DNA of 64,000 bases. Origin: Octopus vulgaris. Its lineage: Eukaryota. Both the position numbers and the translations under genes were made by a program. Below, piece by piece: positions 42,478 to 56,475 of the stretch. Within the stretch, counting starts at the first letter, position 1; each line of letters begins with the position of its first letter. Below the pieces are notes generated by a model. It made no database searches, was not told where the DNA came from, and saw only the letters and a list, made by a program, of their open reading frames with translations. Where the stretch lies: positions 13,392,001-13,456,000 of the forward strand of contig OX597825.1 in assembly GCA_951406725.2 (NCBI GenBank), read 5' to 3'.

Positions 42478-42705
42478 AGCACTCCGTCGGTTACGACGAC
42501 GAGAGTCCCAACTGATACGATCTGCGGAACAGCTTGCTCGTGAAATTAACGTGCAAGTGGCTGAGCACTCCACAGACACGTGTACTCTTGATGTAGTTCT
42601 CAGGGAGATTCAGCGTGACACAGAATGTGACAAGGCCGGCTCTTTGAAGTACAGGTACAACTGCTTTTTGCCACCTGAGTGGACTGGATCAACGTGAAAT
42701 AAAGT
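42478..42705 (-). mobile_element. Family-D SINE 3' part
   Basis: gcactccgtcggttacgacgacgag..gagtggactggatcaacgtgaaataaagtg is the reverse complement of 41550-41770. Confidence 0.88.
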
Positions 42706-43051
42706 GAAATCAACGCTGAAAAGTTCCGTTATATTTAAGGATTATGATGAAAACCTCCATCTTCATTGCTGGATACGTCTCTTGTGGAGAATTAACCAAG
42801 AATATGTCAATCAGGGGTATAAACCTTGCAGGTTACAGATACTTCAAATAGCTTCTCAGAATTAGTTCCGGATTAAAAGAGTTGCTTCGACACAAAATTC
42901 TAGAAAAATAGTTGTGTATTATCGTTGCCTTATAATGTAACAAGAATATGAGAGAACAGAGAATTACGTGCTTTGGAGATTTCAAGAATTACGAAGAAAA
43001 AGACCTGAAGTTTTCCTCATAAAATTATGCTTACATAGAATTAATAATTTA

Positions 43052-43338
43052 CAGCATGGATTCTCAACTAGGTTCCATATGACCCTAAAGAGGTCTATGT
43101 GGTCTTTGGGCGGTCCATGTGGCCTTTAGGGATCTGTATGGCCCCCTAGGAGTTTATTTATAAGGTTTTGTTGTTAAGATTTATGTTTAAGAAATTGGTT
43201 ATAAGTCTATAATGGACAAAATATTTCTACAACTTGTTTTAATACAGTTCCTAATGATGCTTAATTATAAAAATAGGGTCTACCATGTAAAATAGGAACC
43301 AGGGGCTCCATAGATAAAAAATAATAATTTAGAAACTG
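43052..43338. mobile_element. Decayed hAT-like MITE
   Basis: Begins cagcatggattctcaac and ends ..tttagaaactg, resembling CAGTGGTTCTCAAC-type termini; internal ggtccat/gaccc repeats. Confidence 0.4.
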
Positions 43339-43522
43339 GTTTACACTATTTAATTCTGTGTCTCTGAATCAGGAGAACAAATCCCTCTCTGGTCGTCTTT
43401 ACTCTTCAATTTCCCTGGGATCCATTAAATAAGGAACTTCCCTTCAAGTGTTAGGAATTGATGAAATCGATTTTGCTTCCACAACCTCCCTGTAAATGCA
43501 TTCGTTGTCTTCTGTATATATT

Positions 43523-43655
43523 CATCATCATTGTTCGACCGCGGTCGAAACAATGGAATTTACTATGCTACGCCAGACTTCACGGTCCATCATAGCATTA
43601 CGGAAGTCCTGTTGCTGGATGCCTGTATCTGGAGATTACATCAGGGTAGGAGATT
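43523..43655 (-). mobile_element. 3' end of an RTE-like LINE with (ATG)n tail
   Basis: Minus-strand translation with one frameshift: SYPDVIS/DTGIQQQDFRNAMMDREVWRSIVNSIVSTAVEQ*, an RTE-type C-terminal DR..WR motif. Confidence 0.7.
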
Positions 43656-43759
43656 TTGAGCTCTGTATATATTAGAAACCATTGTTCTTTTGCTATCGTT
43701 GTTTCATTTATCGTTTCTGTTTGTGCAATTGTATTTTTGGCATCAATCAAGGACTCATA

Positions 43760-43875
43760 ACGTACACAAAATGGATTACAAAAACACAAACGCATACAAA
43801 GGAAGGGAATTTACGAAAAATAGCGTTGCTTGAAACTGCACCAATTCTCCGAAGAGTTCCAGAAATCTCAATGAA
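43760..43875 (+). mobile_element. C-terminal remnant of an R4/Dong-like (restriction-like endonuclease) LINE
   Basis: Translation NLRKIALLETAPILRRVPEIS resembles the LQKxALLGTAxILRKVL terminus recalled for this clade. Confidence 0.55.
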
Positions 43876-43969
43876 GAATTTTACCTTTCTCCAAACTTTT
43901 TCGACAGCTAACACTTTCTTACAATACACCATTTCCCGCAGCGAAGGTATTGTGCTAAGCAAGTCTTTT

Positions 43970-44366
43970 GCTCTTTTACTCTTTTACTTGTTTCGGTCAT
44001 TTGACTGTGGCCATGCTGGAGCACCGCTTTTAGTCGAGCATATCGACCCCAGGACTTATTCTTTGTAAGCCTAGTACTTATTTTATTGGTCTCTATTGCC
44101 GAACCTTTAAGTTACGGGGTCGTAAACACACCAGCATCGGTTGTCAAGTGATTGGGGGGGGACAAACACAGAAAGACAAACATACACACACACACAGAAC
44201 CCCTTAAAATTTTAACTTGCAAGAATTTAGATTATGAAAAAGAGAACAATAGAATAAGTAATAGGCTTACAAAGAATAAGTCCTGGGGTCAATTTGCTCG
44301 ACTAAAGACGGTCGGTTCTCCAGCATGGCCGCAGTCAAAATGACTGAAACAAATAAACGAATAAAA

Positions 44367-44370
<4 letters not shown>
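43970..44370. mobile_element. Two family-B SINE tail fragments in inverted orientation (- 43970-44195, + 44250-44370)
   Basis: Tail motifs on both strands. Confidence 0.85.
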
Positions 44371-44402
<32 letters not shown>

Positions 44403-44403
<1 letters not shown>

Positions 44404-44612
44404 AAGGGAAAGTTAACGAAAATAAACAAAAGACGAAGGCAGGTGGAGTACAAACAAACAAATGTATTAGTATAGCGCTCAGGAATAGAAATAGAAAAAA
44501 TCTTTTACGTTTCGAGCCTACGCTCTTCGGCAGAAAGATACTCAGAAAAAAAAAAAAAAAACAAGGAGAGAAAAAAATGCTTGTAGGAGCTAACGATCTA
44601 TCATGGCGTCCT
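44403..44612 (-). mobile_element. Family-P2 hammerhead-like element in (TA)n
   Basis: Minus-strand motif at 44500-44539: atcttt-CTGCCGA-a-gagc-gtag-gctc-GAAAC-GTA-aaagat; (TA)n on both sides. Confidence 0.7.
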
Positions 44613-45026
44613 GATATATATATACATACACACACATACTTTGTTAACGAACAGGGAAAACCTACTCGTAAGGTTATTATTAAACAGGTACCTTTGTACG
44701 TACATGCGTGTACGTACACTTTGTAAGTGCATGCGTGTATGTATATGTCTGTGTGTCCATATACTCATACTCGCACACAGGAGAGAGAGAGAAAATGACG
44801 TCAGGTGAATGAAAAAAAAACGTGCTACGTATGTGTAGGAGGAAATCTCTAAGCATACAGACACACACACGCGCGCTCAGCTTATTCATTTAAGCTCTAT
44901 AGTGAAGATGGTCCGGTGATATTCACCTGACTCGTTATATATTTGTCTCTCTTTGTCTCTCGCTCTCACTCTCCCTGTCTGTATATATGTATGGATGTGT
45001 GTATGCATGCATTGTATCTATGTGGA

Positions 45027-45135
<109 letters not shown>

Positions 45136-45274
45136 ATATACACATGCGCACGTACATATTGATATGTTATGTAAATGCATGCCTGTAATACTTATTTATA
45201 TACATAGGCACGTGCATATGTATACACACACATATTACACACACACATATATATAGGTAGATAGATAGACAAAC

Positions 45275-45380
<106 letters not shown>

Positions 45381-45459
45381 GTAGATAGATAGGTGCAATG
45401 AGTACTTTTCGGATTTACCGACACTAATGGTATAACTAGTGATACCTATACTAATTGCT

Positions 45460-45505
<46 letters not shown>

Positions 45506-47808
45506 GCATCAACGTTATGATTATGATCATCACCAGAACGAAAAAGTGTAACTTTCACCAACATTTTTTTTTCACTCTCGTCCCCACTCTCACTCTTCCC
45601 CTCTCTTTTTTTTCACATCAATACTTGTTTAATCCAGATTACTCCCACTTACCTTTCTCTCTCTTTCTCTCTCTCTCTTCCTCTCTTTCTCTCTCTCTAT
45701 TTATCTCTCCTTTTATCTCACTATATCTCTTACTCTCATTTCTCCTTCCCTCCGTATTTCATCCACTTCTCCACTACTTCTCTCCCGCTTTGCCTCAGAA
45801 CCCTCTCCCAACCAATGGATTTCATCTCCTCCTTTTTCCCGCCTTTTTTCCCGCCTGTTTATAAATCCCCCAACCTTCTACCCCTTTTCTTTATTACACC
45901 CTTTCCCTTTAATTCACTTCTCTTCTCCCTCCTTCTCTCCCTCTTTCTCTCTCTCTCTTCTCTTTCTCCCTCTCCCCCACCCCTCTCACTTCCTTCCTCT
46001 CTTACTGTTTTTGTAACCATTCAACCACTCAGGCCCTTATTTTCTATCCTCTCCTGTCCGACTTTATTCAATTTTATTCACCGAGTCCTCCTTGCTTCCA
46101 ATCTACCCATCCGCACTACCCATCCGCACTACCCCTAACACCCGTCCACATCAACGGCAACCGTCAACGTATCCCACCCGCCTGTCTCTTCTATCATCCA
46201 CCCAGAATTACAGCTGTCCTTTCTATTCTTCCAGTTTCTTCTTTTTCTCCCTCTTTCTTTTCTTTTCTCTCTTCTTCTCCCAAATCAGTCAATCAGTCAA
46301 TCCTTGCTCGGTGAAAGGACACAGCAGAAGGTCATCCAATCGTATCTTAGATCCAACCAACGGTCAAGTTATCCATCAATTCGTTTTATAATTTTTCAAC
46401 TGTCTCTCTGTTTCTCTCATTCCCTCTCTCTCTCTCCTCTCTTTCTCTCTCTCTTTCTCTCTCCGTTATACTTCGGTACCAACATGATTGAGTTAGTTGT
46501 CCATCTTGAAAGTTCTGAACTGCGCCTGCCACTGGATGTGTGTGTCTGTGTTTGTATATATATATGAATATATGTATATGTATAAAGGACACGTATATGT
46601 GTGTGTTTGTGTGTGTATGATCACAAATATATAGATACATGTATACTTGCAAACATATATAAATACAGCACACACACACATATACATGTATATATATACA
46701 TATATTTATGCATGCGTGTGTATGTATGTTTGTGCGTATTTATACATCCATTCATCTATACACAGAATTACACACATGCATACTATATCATCAGCATCAC
46801 CACCACCACCACCACCACCACTACCACCACCACTATCACCATCATCGTTATCATCATCATCATCATCATCATCATCATTACTATCATCACGTTCATCGCC
46901 ACTACGAACAATAGCAGTAACGTCCTCCAAAATCGCTTCTGTCTCATTGTCACTTACGTCTTGAAAGTCCAAACGAAAGAGGGAAGACAAGAATATTTCT
47001 GATGCCGGCACAGATAAAGTCACTCTGCATTTTAGTGGGGGTGGGATCCACATAATTATTAATAGACCCAAAACAAGGACGTGTACGCAGAGCTCGACTT
47101 ACTAGAAATCGTCACCAATACTCTCTCAACTTAGAGCTAACATTCGTACAAAAAAAAGAAAGAAAAGAAAAAGTAAAATGGAAAACGAAGGACCTATCGT
47201 CCACTCTGGTCCTAGAATGGTCACACTTTGAAGGCCTTTCTTTTTTACTGATCAATCTATTTACTGTTCAATCAGCATCAACCAAGAAACAAACAATGAC
47301 TGGTATTTATTTTATCGATCTCAGGTGAATGAAAGAATGAAATGAAGGAATTGAACTTAGAATATGTGAACGCATCTATTGTGATTCGAGTGCATCGAAA
47401 CAAAAATACAGCGAACCACAACAACAACAACAACAACAACACCAACGACATCAGAACTATTCGATAATTAATCGGTATCACGCACTCAAAAGAAATCCTT
47501 TCATGTTAAGGATTTTCCCCGCTAACCATTTTCATTCCAGAAGAAAAGAAAAAACGGAAACGAACCCAGTTTTTGTCACGTTGCAATAAGTCTCTTGAGG
47601 TGTGGAATACATTTCTACTGTTAGACATACCCAATTATTAAAGAATACCAGTTTTCTAAACGATATATAATGCAGTACATTGTCTCTTCGCTTCGCACAA
47701 TACACTCGTGTGTAAAAGAGAGATTCTAAGAAAAATGTTTTCTCATAAATTACTTTAGAAAAGAGAACCTACATACATACACAACACATATATACGTATA
47801 TACGTACA

Positions 47809-47896
<88 letters not shown>

Positions 47897-47929
47897 GTAT
47901 GTATATATATACATATATATATATGTATG

Positions 47930-47974
<45 letters not shown>

Positions 47975-48051
47975 GTATATATAAATACATATATACATGC
48001 ATGCATATATATATATATATATATATATATACGTATATATACATACATGAA

Positions 48052-48147
<96 letters not shown>

Positions 48148-48149
<2 letters not shown>

Positions 48150-49000
48150 CTTGCATTTCAATGCACTCCGTGCATATAGAATTGATTCAGTCATTCGAAG
48201 CAGTTCCAGAGCACGTTTCTTGTACATTCTTCGTGTCACAGAGTACCATTTTTACTAATTTTACCATTCCCTTAAAAATTTATTGTCTCGGTTGTCGCGA
48301 TATTATGGCATCGCATTTGGCGCTCCTTCCAAACGTTGTCTCGTGATTGGTATTCATTGGAAAGAGGATACCGCCATCGCTGTGTCGTTATTCGAGTCTC
48401 TTGTCGTAGTCCACGTAACACACTCTGGGATTTCACACAGGTGAATAGAAATATCCAAGTATTGTTTGAACACGATAACATCTATTTCATGGAGAGCTGC
48501 TTTCATGTTTTATCTTTCTGAAGTAGAACTGTTTAGAATCTGTTCCGATTTAATCGATTTTAGTCCTCTTCTTCAAATAATGAGCATCTCTCTCTGTGTC
48601 GACACAAGAAATAGTTTTGCCTTTCCAGTTTCCTTTTTGTTTTCGCCACCAGTTGGCACGAAATTACTTTCGCTTTCGTCTTTTTCTCCCGCTACGACAA
48701 AGTCTTTTCCTCCTCGGTGTTAGCTGGCTGGTTACGTGCCATCCTGTTTCAAACACACCCGACTCGCCTTTCTCTTTTCCTCTCATTCTCCAAATTGTGT
48801 TCAAGCACCAAATCAAAGCCCCTATACTAACCACTGTATTCAGCCCAGTTCAGTCCTTCCCCAGGACCACTCCCTACAGGAATTTTCTCTCTGCATATAT
48901 GTCATTTGCAGCTATTGCCTTGCACTTGATAAAAATGTTATCAGCATGCATCTCAGCATTCGCAGCAGAACTTTGACGCCCTTAGAATTTAGCAAAGCAT
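48148..49000 (-). mobile_element. Possible decayed LINE ORF1-like remnant
   Basis: Complex, non-microsatellite block with broken minus-strand frames, including [11 protein letters not shown] (possible zinc-knuckle lead-in); no intact ORF. Confidence 0.3.
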
Positions 49001-49029
49001 GACGAAACAATTCTTAAAATCTACAGACA

Positions 49030-49710
49030 AAGCTGTGTGGTTAAGAAGCCCATTTTGCAACCACGTGTTTGCAGGTTCAGTCCCACTGTGTGGCACCTTG
49101 GGCAAGTGTTTTCTACTATAATCTTGAGCACAGCAATAACTTGTAAGTGAATTTAACAGACGGAAACTGTATCGAAGCTCATCACATTTATAGTTGTGTA
49201 TGTGTAGGTGTGTGTGTGTGTGTGTTTCCCTACCCTACTTGACAATCGGTGTTGGTTTGGTTATGTCCATGTAACTATTAATTTCGGCAAAAGAATCCGA
49301 TACATAAGTACCAGACTTAAATAAAAAATAAAATAAAATAACAAAGAGTGGTTGTATACTGTCAACATAACGTGACAGTCCCGTAAAGGGAATTACACCA
49401 CCGCTATTTAGCCCTAGGAAGCATCGACGACGCTTCCTGTCGGCTTTGACACATTTCCTGTGTCCTTATATTTGCGAAGGGGAGGCAAGCAGCGCCACCA
49501 GCTAGGACTAGCAACCTGAAGACATGCATGTTTCTGGGTCTTGCCCGTCATCAGTCCAGGTTAGTAAGGCCCGCTAGCGAAGATACCTGCTAAACCTTCA
49601 TAAAATAAATTAAATTAAATAAATGCCGGGGATGATCTGTTCGGCTAAAAACCTTGAAGGATGTAACCCCATAATGGATACCATCCTACGACTAAAATAC
49701 GTGAGAGATA
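49030..49710 (+). mobile_element. Diverged family-B SINE interrupted at an (AAAAT)n linker by a ~260-bp structured element (49342-49600)
   Basis: SINE head/body 49030-49320 resumes at ~49620 (ggggatgatctgttcggctaaaa). Confidence 0.75.
49513..49562 (-). ncRNA. Type I hammerhead ribozyme motif (intact core)
   Basis: Minus strand reads aacctgga-CTGATGA-c-ggg-caaga-ccc-a-GAAAC-atgcat-GTC-ttcaggtt. Stem I is 8 bp (one G:U), stem III is the palindrome acatgcatgt, triplet GUC. Confidence 0.85.
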
Positions 49711-50023
49711 AAAAGGCTTCCATTATGTGTTGGAACGGGTTAACGAAATGTTGCACTTGCGTGTAACCCGAGCTATTGCACTATCTAACCGTAATCCTTT
49801 AATCCAAGAGAGGCAGATGGAAAATTTTTTGAACTCTGCAGCAGAGCTCGTACGCAGCATTTGTACTCCATTCAGTGCCAATTTTTCTAAGACCATCCAG
49901 ATAAAAATCACCGCATATCACGCTTCCTCGCTGCAAAGATTAGTGTTTTAAAGCGTTTGACTTCTGCCAATTTAGTTCAGAGAGTGCACAGGAGCGATTT
50001 GGTTGCTGTTGTTGTTTTATTTC

Positions 50024-50221
50024 CTCTTCTTCTTCTTCTTCTTCTTCTTCTTCTTCTTCCCTTCTTCTTCTTCTTCTTCTTCTTCTTCTTCTTCTTCTTC
50101 CTCACCTCTCACCTTCTTCTTCTTCTTCTTCTTCTTCTTCTTCTTCTTCTTCTTCTTCTTCTTCTTCTTCTTCTTCTTCTTCTTCTTCTTCTTCTTCTTC
50201 TTCTTCTTCTTCTTCTTCTTT
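50024..50221. repeat. (CTT)n microsatellite
   Basis: Direct reading. Confidence 0.97.
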
Positions 50222-50441
50222 CAGTTTTGATCAAACATCCCATAACCAAAAATGTTCCATTCGTGACATTCTCGAAATTTTTATCATATGTCCTTCCTAT
50301 TTTAAGACTGTGAATTGTCGTTTGAGTAAAATTTGGCTGTTATTTCTTGAGAGCATTAAACAAACAAGCAGACAAATATTTATATACATATGTATACACA
50401 CACACACACATACACACGCAAACACACATAGACAGACAGAA

Positions 50442-51093
<652 letters not shown>

Positions 51094-51629
51094 AGATAGA
51101 TAGATAGATAGATTGATTGATAGATAGATTTGAAAAACTAATGGCACCGTAAAATTAAGAGCGTTAAAGTCGAACTACATCATGATCGAATTCTTGTCGG
51201 CGTTCAAACAAAATATGGATATATATTCTGTATGATAAGCTATCTGTTATAGCATATACAGTGTAATATAACTATTTACATCATAGCTATATATCCACAG
51301 GTATAAGAGAGTTTCATTATGCTACGCGTCTTTGAGGGGTTTTTTTTTTTTAGGTGGTGGGGGTCTTTTGTGTTTTTTTTTGTTCTTTACTTCTCTTGTT
51401 TGTTTGATTCTTATTTCTGACAAGTAATTGGAGACGGAAACAGAAATATATATTTTCTGCTGCTGTCTAAAGTTACTTTGTGTAGCTACGAAGCACAGAT
51501 ACGAATAATATAAAAGAGCAAAAGACATTTGGTAAAACTGCATACATATATATATTCTTTCTGGCGTTAGCTCTAAATTACACACACACACACAGACACA
51601 CACACAGACACACACACACACACACACAT

Positions 51630-51671
<42 letters not shown>

Positions 51672-52024
51672 GCACATATGTATTATATAAGACACCGTGA
51701 AACAGAATGCCGACTGATGCATCTTCGAAACTTGTTTGTTACAGTATTCTTCACATTACATTCAGATTAGGTTTCAGTCCCGACACGTGTTTCTAGTGCA
51801 TAAATATCCCGATGTCCCTCGATATAGCGTTTATATGCGTTCAGATGTTCCAGCTGTAGGATATGTTCATCCAGTATACACCTATCTATGACAGTTTTAT
51901 CGAAGGCTGTACCTGTTCGGGTTGCTGGAACGTGAGTATATACATATACATACACACATACATACATACATACATACATACATACATACATTGAATACAT
52001 ACATACATGAATACATACATACAT

Positions 52025-52400
52025 GACTGTGTGGTAAGTAGCTTGCTTACCAACCACATGGTTCCGAGTTCAGTCCCACTGCGTGGCATCTTGGGCAACT
52101 ATCTTCTACTATAGTCTCGGGCCTACCAAAGCCTTGTGAGTGGATTTGGTAGACGGAAACTGAAAGAAACCCGTCGTATATATACATATATGCATGTGCA
52201 TGTATATGTTTCTATGTGTGTGTGCCCCAACATCGCTTGGCAACCGATGCTGGTGTGTTTACGTCCCCGTAACTTAGCGGTTCAGCAAAATAATAGAATA
52301 AGTACTAGGCTTACAAACAATAAGTCCTGGGGTCGACTTGCTCGACTAAAGGCAGTGCTCCAGCATGGCCACAGTCAAAATGACTGAAACAAGTAAAGAG
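52025..52400 (+). mobile_element. Family-B SINE
   Basis: ctgtgtggtaagtagcttgcttaccaaccacatgg.. to ..gactgaaacaagtaaagag. Confidence 0.92.
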
Positions 52401-52451
<51 letters not shown>

Positions 52452-52619
52452 GTGGGTGGCAGGGTGCTTCTGCGCATGTGTAGTTTTACTGAAAGAACAT
52501 CAATGTTCGTGTTTAATTAATTTCTCAAGGGTTTTCTTTTCTTTTCGCTTCATCATATTCCCTTACGTTTATAACTAAACGATTTAGTATCGTCTCGGCC
52601 ACTTAAAGAATATAGCGTC

Positions 52620-52898
52620 GCCCTTTTCAAGCCTAGCCAGGTTCATGGGCCCGGTTTCCCGGTTTCTGTGGCATATGTGTTCCCCCCAGCTGGACGGGAC
52701 GCTAGTCCATCGAAGCGTTAAGAAACAGGAAGAGAGAGTGAGAGAAAGTTGGGGCGAAAGAGTACAACAGGGGCCACCACCACCCCCTGTCGGAACCTCG
52801 TGGAGCTTTTAGGTGTTTTTGCTCAATAAACACAGACAACGCCCGAGCAACTGGGAATCGAAACCGCAAGTCCGCTGACCTAACCACTCTCGGCCACG
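52620..52898 (-). mobile_element. Family-C tRNA-derived SINE (resembles octopus OR1 as recalled), tail type iii
   Basis: Reverse complement of the head ..gtggttaggtcagcggacttgcggtttcgattcccag; tail has gatggactagcgtcccgtccag..gaaaccgggaaaccgggcccatga. Confidence 0.85.
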
Positions 52899-53574
52899 TA
52901 TTCTGCATAAAGTCGTGGTCGTGGTAAGTTGTCCAGAGAGTTTCGTGTTAAGCAGCAAGTGCTCACAGAAATAACGTATAAACAAAATAACCATCATCGC
53001 CAGAGTTAAAATTCTTTAACGATCGACTCTATATTACTTACTTATTTAGTTGCAAGTGTGTTGTGTTTCTGTGTTTCATATTTTGGCTTGAATTTTGCTA
53101 TAAATAATGCTTCCATATCTAGTCTAATAGCTTGTGTATATATATATTAGTGTGCGTGTATGTGTGTATATATATATATGTGTTTGTGTGTCTGTACGTG
53201 TGTAATACTATATAAGGTATTAATAGCTGCCACATTTTCAAAGTCAGCAATACAGACAGTTAGAGTCGCCTACGGCTATACAATAATGCTTCACATTATC
53301 TCTTTTAAATGTGTGTGTGTATATATGTATATATATATATATATATATACATACATACATACATACATACATACATGCGTACATACATACATACATACAT
53401 ACATGCGTACATACATACATATATATATAATGTTTTATAAGTCGAAAGTTTCTGTAATTACATTATTTTAGTTATTCACCACTTCACTTCCAAACTATCA
53501 CTACTTTCATATCATGTGCGCTTTTTTCCTTCTTATTCCATGTATATACGCGTGTGTGTACATGTAGATATGCA

Positions 53575-53614
<40 letters not shown>

Positions 53615-54282
53615 CACTTCATGTTAAGCGGTGACGAAGCTGTAAGATGTTATACGTGCACTCAATTTTGAGTATACATGCACCCAACTCCGAAACGGCT
53701 GTAAAGCTAATGAAGGCGACCATAAACACCTATTTTTTTAAAGGAGTTAAGCAAAAATATCATCATCATCATCGTCGTCATCCTCATCGTCATCAACATC
53801 ATCGTCATCAACAACATCATCATCATCATCATCATCATCATGATCGTCGACGTCGTCATCCTCTCTAATCACTTCTAAGGCCACTTTCATCCGTATTATC
53901 ATATTTATCGACATCGCACCGACCTTTGTCAACATCACATCCCACGCAGTCATTACGTTTATTAACACGGTTGTCATCGTTATTATCGGCAAATATGTTA
54001 TTGTCACCACCGATGCCGTCCCTAGCTACTTAAATTTCGTAAATCCTACGAATGAAGATATGAGACACGCTTTCCCCACCCCAAAAAATGTGCCTAGAAG
54101 TAAAAACAATAACAAATACAGAAAACTTCGGGTCCTATACCCAAAATTAATTTTGTCTCTGACGTTCAATTTTCCTGAATATTCGATGCTGAAATTAGGG
54201 TACATCGAATATACCCGAACGTTTTTTATGCCATCAAACAGGATAATTAAAATCGTGGTAAGAAGCTTGGTACCCAGCCACA

Positions 54283-54321
<39 letters not shown>

Positions 54322-54322
<1 letters not shown>

Positions 54323-54955
54323 GGCGCAGGTGTGGGTTTGTAGTAAGAGGCTTGCTTTCCAACCACAAGGTTCCGGGTTCAGTCCCATTGCGTGGCACCT
54401 TGGTCAAATGTCTTCTTCTATAGCCTCAGACCGACCAATGCCTTGTGAGTGGATTTGGTAGACGGAAACTGAAAGAAGCCTGTCATATATATACATATAT
54501 ATGTGCGTGTGCGTGTGTGTGTTTGTGTTTGTGTGTCTGTGTTGTCTCCTACCATCACTTGACAATCAATGTTGGTGTGTTTACGTACCCGTAACATAGC
54601 GGTTCAGCAAAAGAAACCCGGTAGAATAAGTACTAGGCTTACAAAGAATAAGTCCTGGGATCGATTTGTTCGACTAAAAGCGGTGCTCCAGCATGGCCGC
54701 ATCCAAATGACTGAAACAAATAAAAGAATATACGGGATATGTGTGTGTCTTTCTATGTTTGTCTCACTAGACCTTTTGACAACCGGTGTTGGTGTGTTTA
54801 CGTCTCCGTAACTTAGCGGTTCGACCAAAGAGATCGATAGAGTAAGTACCATGCTTTAAAAAAAAATATTGGGGTCGTTTCATTCGGTTAAAATCAATCT
54901 TCAAGCTGGTGCGCCAGCATGGCCGAAGTGTAATGACTGAAACAAGTAAAAGATA
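54322..54955 (+). mobile_element. Family-B SINE with duplicated tail segment
   Basis: Full copy 54322-54728, second tail 54770-54955. Confidence 0.88.
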
Positions 54956-55007
54956 AACGGTTAAATACACAAGTATAAAACATCAGCAATAACAACACCA
55001 CCACCAT

Positions 55008-55042
<35 letters not shown>

Positions 55043-55513
55043 GTAACAACAGCAGCAACAGCATAAATAGTTACAGTGGTTGTGTCTAGTTCCTCACTGC
55101 GTCTCAAGGGAAGAATTTCTCTTCTTGAAGTCTGTGAAAATTAAGTTTAACTGAATAGCGAAAACCCATAACGCAAGAAGAAGTCAGAATTGTCTCGAGT
55201 TCCCATAGGGGCTGTTATCCAGTTTCCATGGCATGTAAGTGACCGAAATCACAACACTCCCCTTGAACGGAACGCCTGTTCGTCGTATTGTCGCATAGGA
55301 GCAACATGAAACGATGTGTTTTTCTCGAGAACACCACCCACCACACGGTCTGGGAATTGAAACTACAATCTTGTAATGGGTGAATGCATTCACCTTAACC
55401 TCTATGCCACACACCTTCACTAAAAAAAAAAAAGAACAACCCAGAAAAACTACACTTTCTGTGGGAATCGAACTCGTAAAGGAAAATTTACACTACGATG
55501 TTTATACTTATGA

Positions 55514-55892
55514 GTGGAGGCGCAATACCCCAGTTGTTAAGGCAGCGGACTCGCGGCAGTGGGATTGCGGTTTCGATTTCCAGGCCGGGCGTTGTGAGCT
55601 TTTACTGAGCGAAAACACTTAAAGCCCCGCGGGGCTCCGGCAGGGGGTGGTAACGAATCCTGCTGTACTCCTTCACCACAACTTTCGATCTTTCTTCCTC
55701 TTTCTCTTGTACCTGTATTTCGAAGGGCCAGCCTTGTCACACTCTGTGTCCCACTGAATCTCCCCGAGAACTACGTTAATGGCACGTGTGTCTGTGGAAT
55801 ACTCAGCCACTTGCTCGATTAATTTCACGAGCTGGCTGTTCCGTTGATCAAATCAACTGGAACCCTCGTCGTCGTAACCGACGGAGTGCCAC
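55514..55892 (+). mobile_element. Family-C SINE carrying the family-D tail (tail i)
   Basis: Head gtggaggcgcaatacccc..gcagcggactcgcgg..tttcgatttcc; tail aagggccagccttgtcacactctgtgtc..cgtcgtcgtaaccgacggagtgcc is shared with 41610-41770. Confidence 0.9.
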
Positions 55893-55930
55893 AGTATACT
55901 TACGTATACGGAGCCGTATATTAAATATAT

Positions 55931-56249
55931 TCACCGTCACCGTGATCATCGTGACCGACCAGGCTATCAGATGTTGTTACACATCGCTGGTCACAATGCG
56001 CTTCGCATTGTTTTAGCCTTCAAATGACGCCACCCCGCTGGCTAAGCGAGCAGGCCAACAGAAGAAAGAGTGAGAGAAATTTGTGGCGAAAGAGTACAGC
56101 AGGGATCGCCACCACCCCGCTGCCGGAGCCTCGTGGAGCTTTAGGTGTTTTCGCTCAATAAACACTCACAACGCCCGGTCTGGGAATCGAAACCGCGATC
56201 CTACGACCGCGAGTCCGCTGCCCTAACCACTGGGCCATTGCGCCTCCAC
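55931..56249 (-). mobile_element. Young family-C SINE, tail ii, 13-bp TSD
   Basis: Intact head gtggaggcgcaatggcccagtggttagggcagcggactcgcgg (minus strand); TSD atattaaatatat at 55918-55930 and 56250-56262. Confidence 0.93.
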
Positions 56250-56475
56250 ATATTAAATATATTACAATGCTAATATTAGAGACGCTAATAAGTTGTTTAA
56301 TTTAAGAAACTATTTAAACAGAAATCAATATTGTTAAGACAGGACTTCTCTTTATGTAATCACGGCACGAAAATCTAATTAAAATGTAATTGTGAGATTT
56401 TATTGCGACTACAATGATGTCTGTAGGAACTACAATGTTGTCTAGTGACTGTTTGGTTTGTATTCAAATTAAACT

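Noticed and set aside
46474-46527. Possible alternative first exon MIELVVHLESSELRLPLD after a long pyrimidine tract
   Set aside because: The donor would be a (GT)n microsatellite edge in phase 0, incompatible with the phase-1 exon; no further support.
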